DNA of 63,341 nt, the filler included, from Octopus bimaculoides (taxonomy: Eukaryota), in NCBI RefSeq assembly GCF_001194135.2. It is 6 parts of 3 records of this genome, joined end to end, with 100 filler letters (N's around TTAATTAATTAA, not from the genome) between each part and the next. Parts side by side here need not be neighbours in the genome. Positions count along the whole stretch, not along the records: positions 61,840 to 63,341 come from NC_068983.1; 5 more parts are not named here. One strand, given 5' to 3'. Within the stretch, counting starts at the first letter, position 1. Each line of letters begins with the position of its first letter. The notes beneath the pieces were generated by a model. The model was not told the DNA's origin. It worked only from the letters and a program-made list of their open reading frames with translations, and searched no databases. Below, in pieces: positions 62,952 to 63,341 of the stretch. The position numbers and the translations under genes were made by a program.

Positions 62952-63310
62952 TTATTCTAAGGCCGTGGTGGATATGTCGTTTGTTGTAGATGCGTTCAAA
63001 AGGGGTATATATTTTGTAATAAAGAGAGTCTCTTTAATAATTCGTTGGCTACAGGTTGTATTGTCCCTGAAATGGTAGAGGGGAAAAATTCTGGAACTTG
63101 GATTTTTGCTATTGGCGCAAATGTCGATGTATTGGCTGAATGCTATTTTTCTGCTTTTGGGAATTTTGATCTGGAATCTGTGCAGAGCCATCCTTTGACG
63201 TAGACTGTTTTTTGTTTGGCCTATGTATTGCTCTTGACACACAGAGCAAGTTAGTGTGTATATCAGGTTTCCCAAAACACATGTGAAGCTGCTGTTCACT
63301 CTGAAACGTT
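62952..63310 (-). mobile_element. Penelope-like retroelement, GIY-YIG endonuclease fragment
   Basis: SSFTC..NLIYTLTCSVCQEQYIGQTKNSLRQRMALHR ... RIIKETLFITKYIPLLN shows the GIY-YIG motifs with the PLE-specific CxxC/H signature. Confidence 0.9.
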
Positions 63311-63341
63311 GTCCCTGTATATATATATAAAGAAATATATA

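Overview
Eukaryotic, AT-rich, microsatellite-dense genomic scaffold with many N gaps. The repeat landscape suggests a coleoid cephalopod such as Octopus; this is inferred from sequence character, not from a database match. The only host gene I can identify is a SCUBE-family gene on the minus strand. Two spliced exons (61442-61594 and 57233-57312) encode the end of the CUB domain and the following conserved C-terminal segment. I could not find its terminal exon. Most of the remainder is transposon debris: an internally deleted Helitron with both termini, Tc1, mariner and pogo elements, MITEs, several R4/Dong-clade LINE fragments next to (TAA)n tracts, two converging Tx1/L1-type LINEs, an ORF1-only LINE, a Penelope GIY-YIG fragment and several tRNA-derived SINE families. 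The most interesting observation is a short tRNA-headed element present twice (about 21301-21590 and 33470-33860). It carries a minimal type I hammerhead ribozyme on the minus strand and has an inverted, head-to-head architecture, which suggests a Pol III-type SINE using Penelope-like machinery. Most long ORFs in the supplied track are microsatellite or N-gap artefacts. Repeat boundaries are approximate unless termini are quoted.
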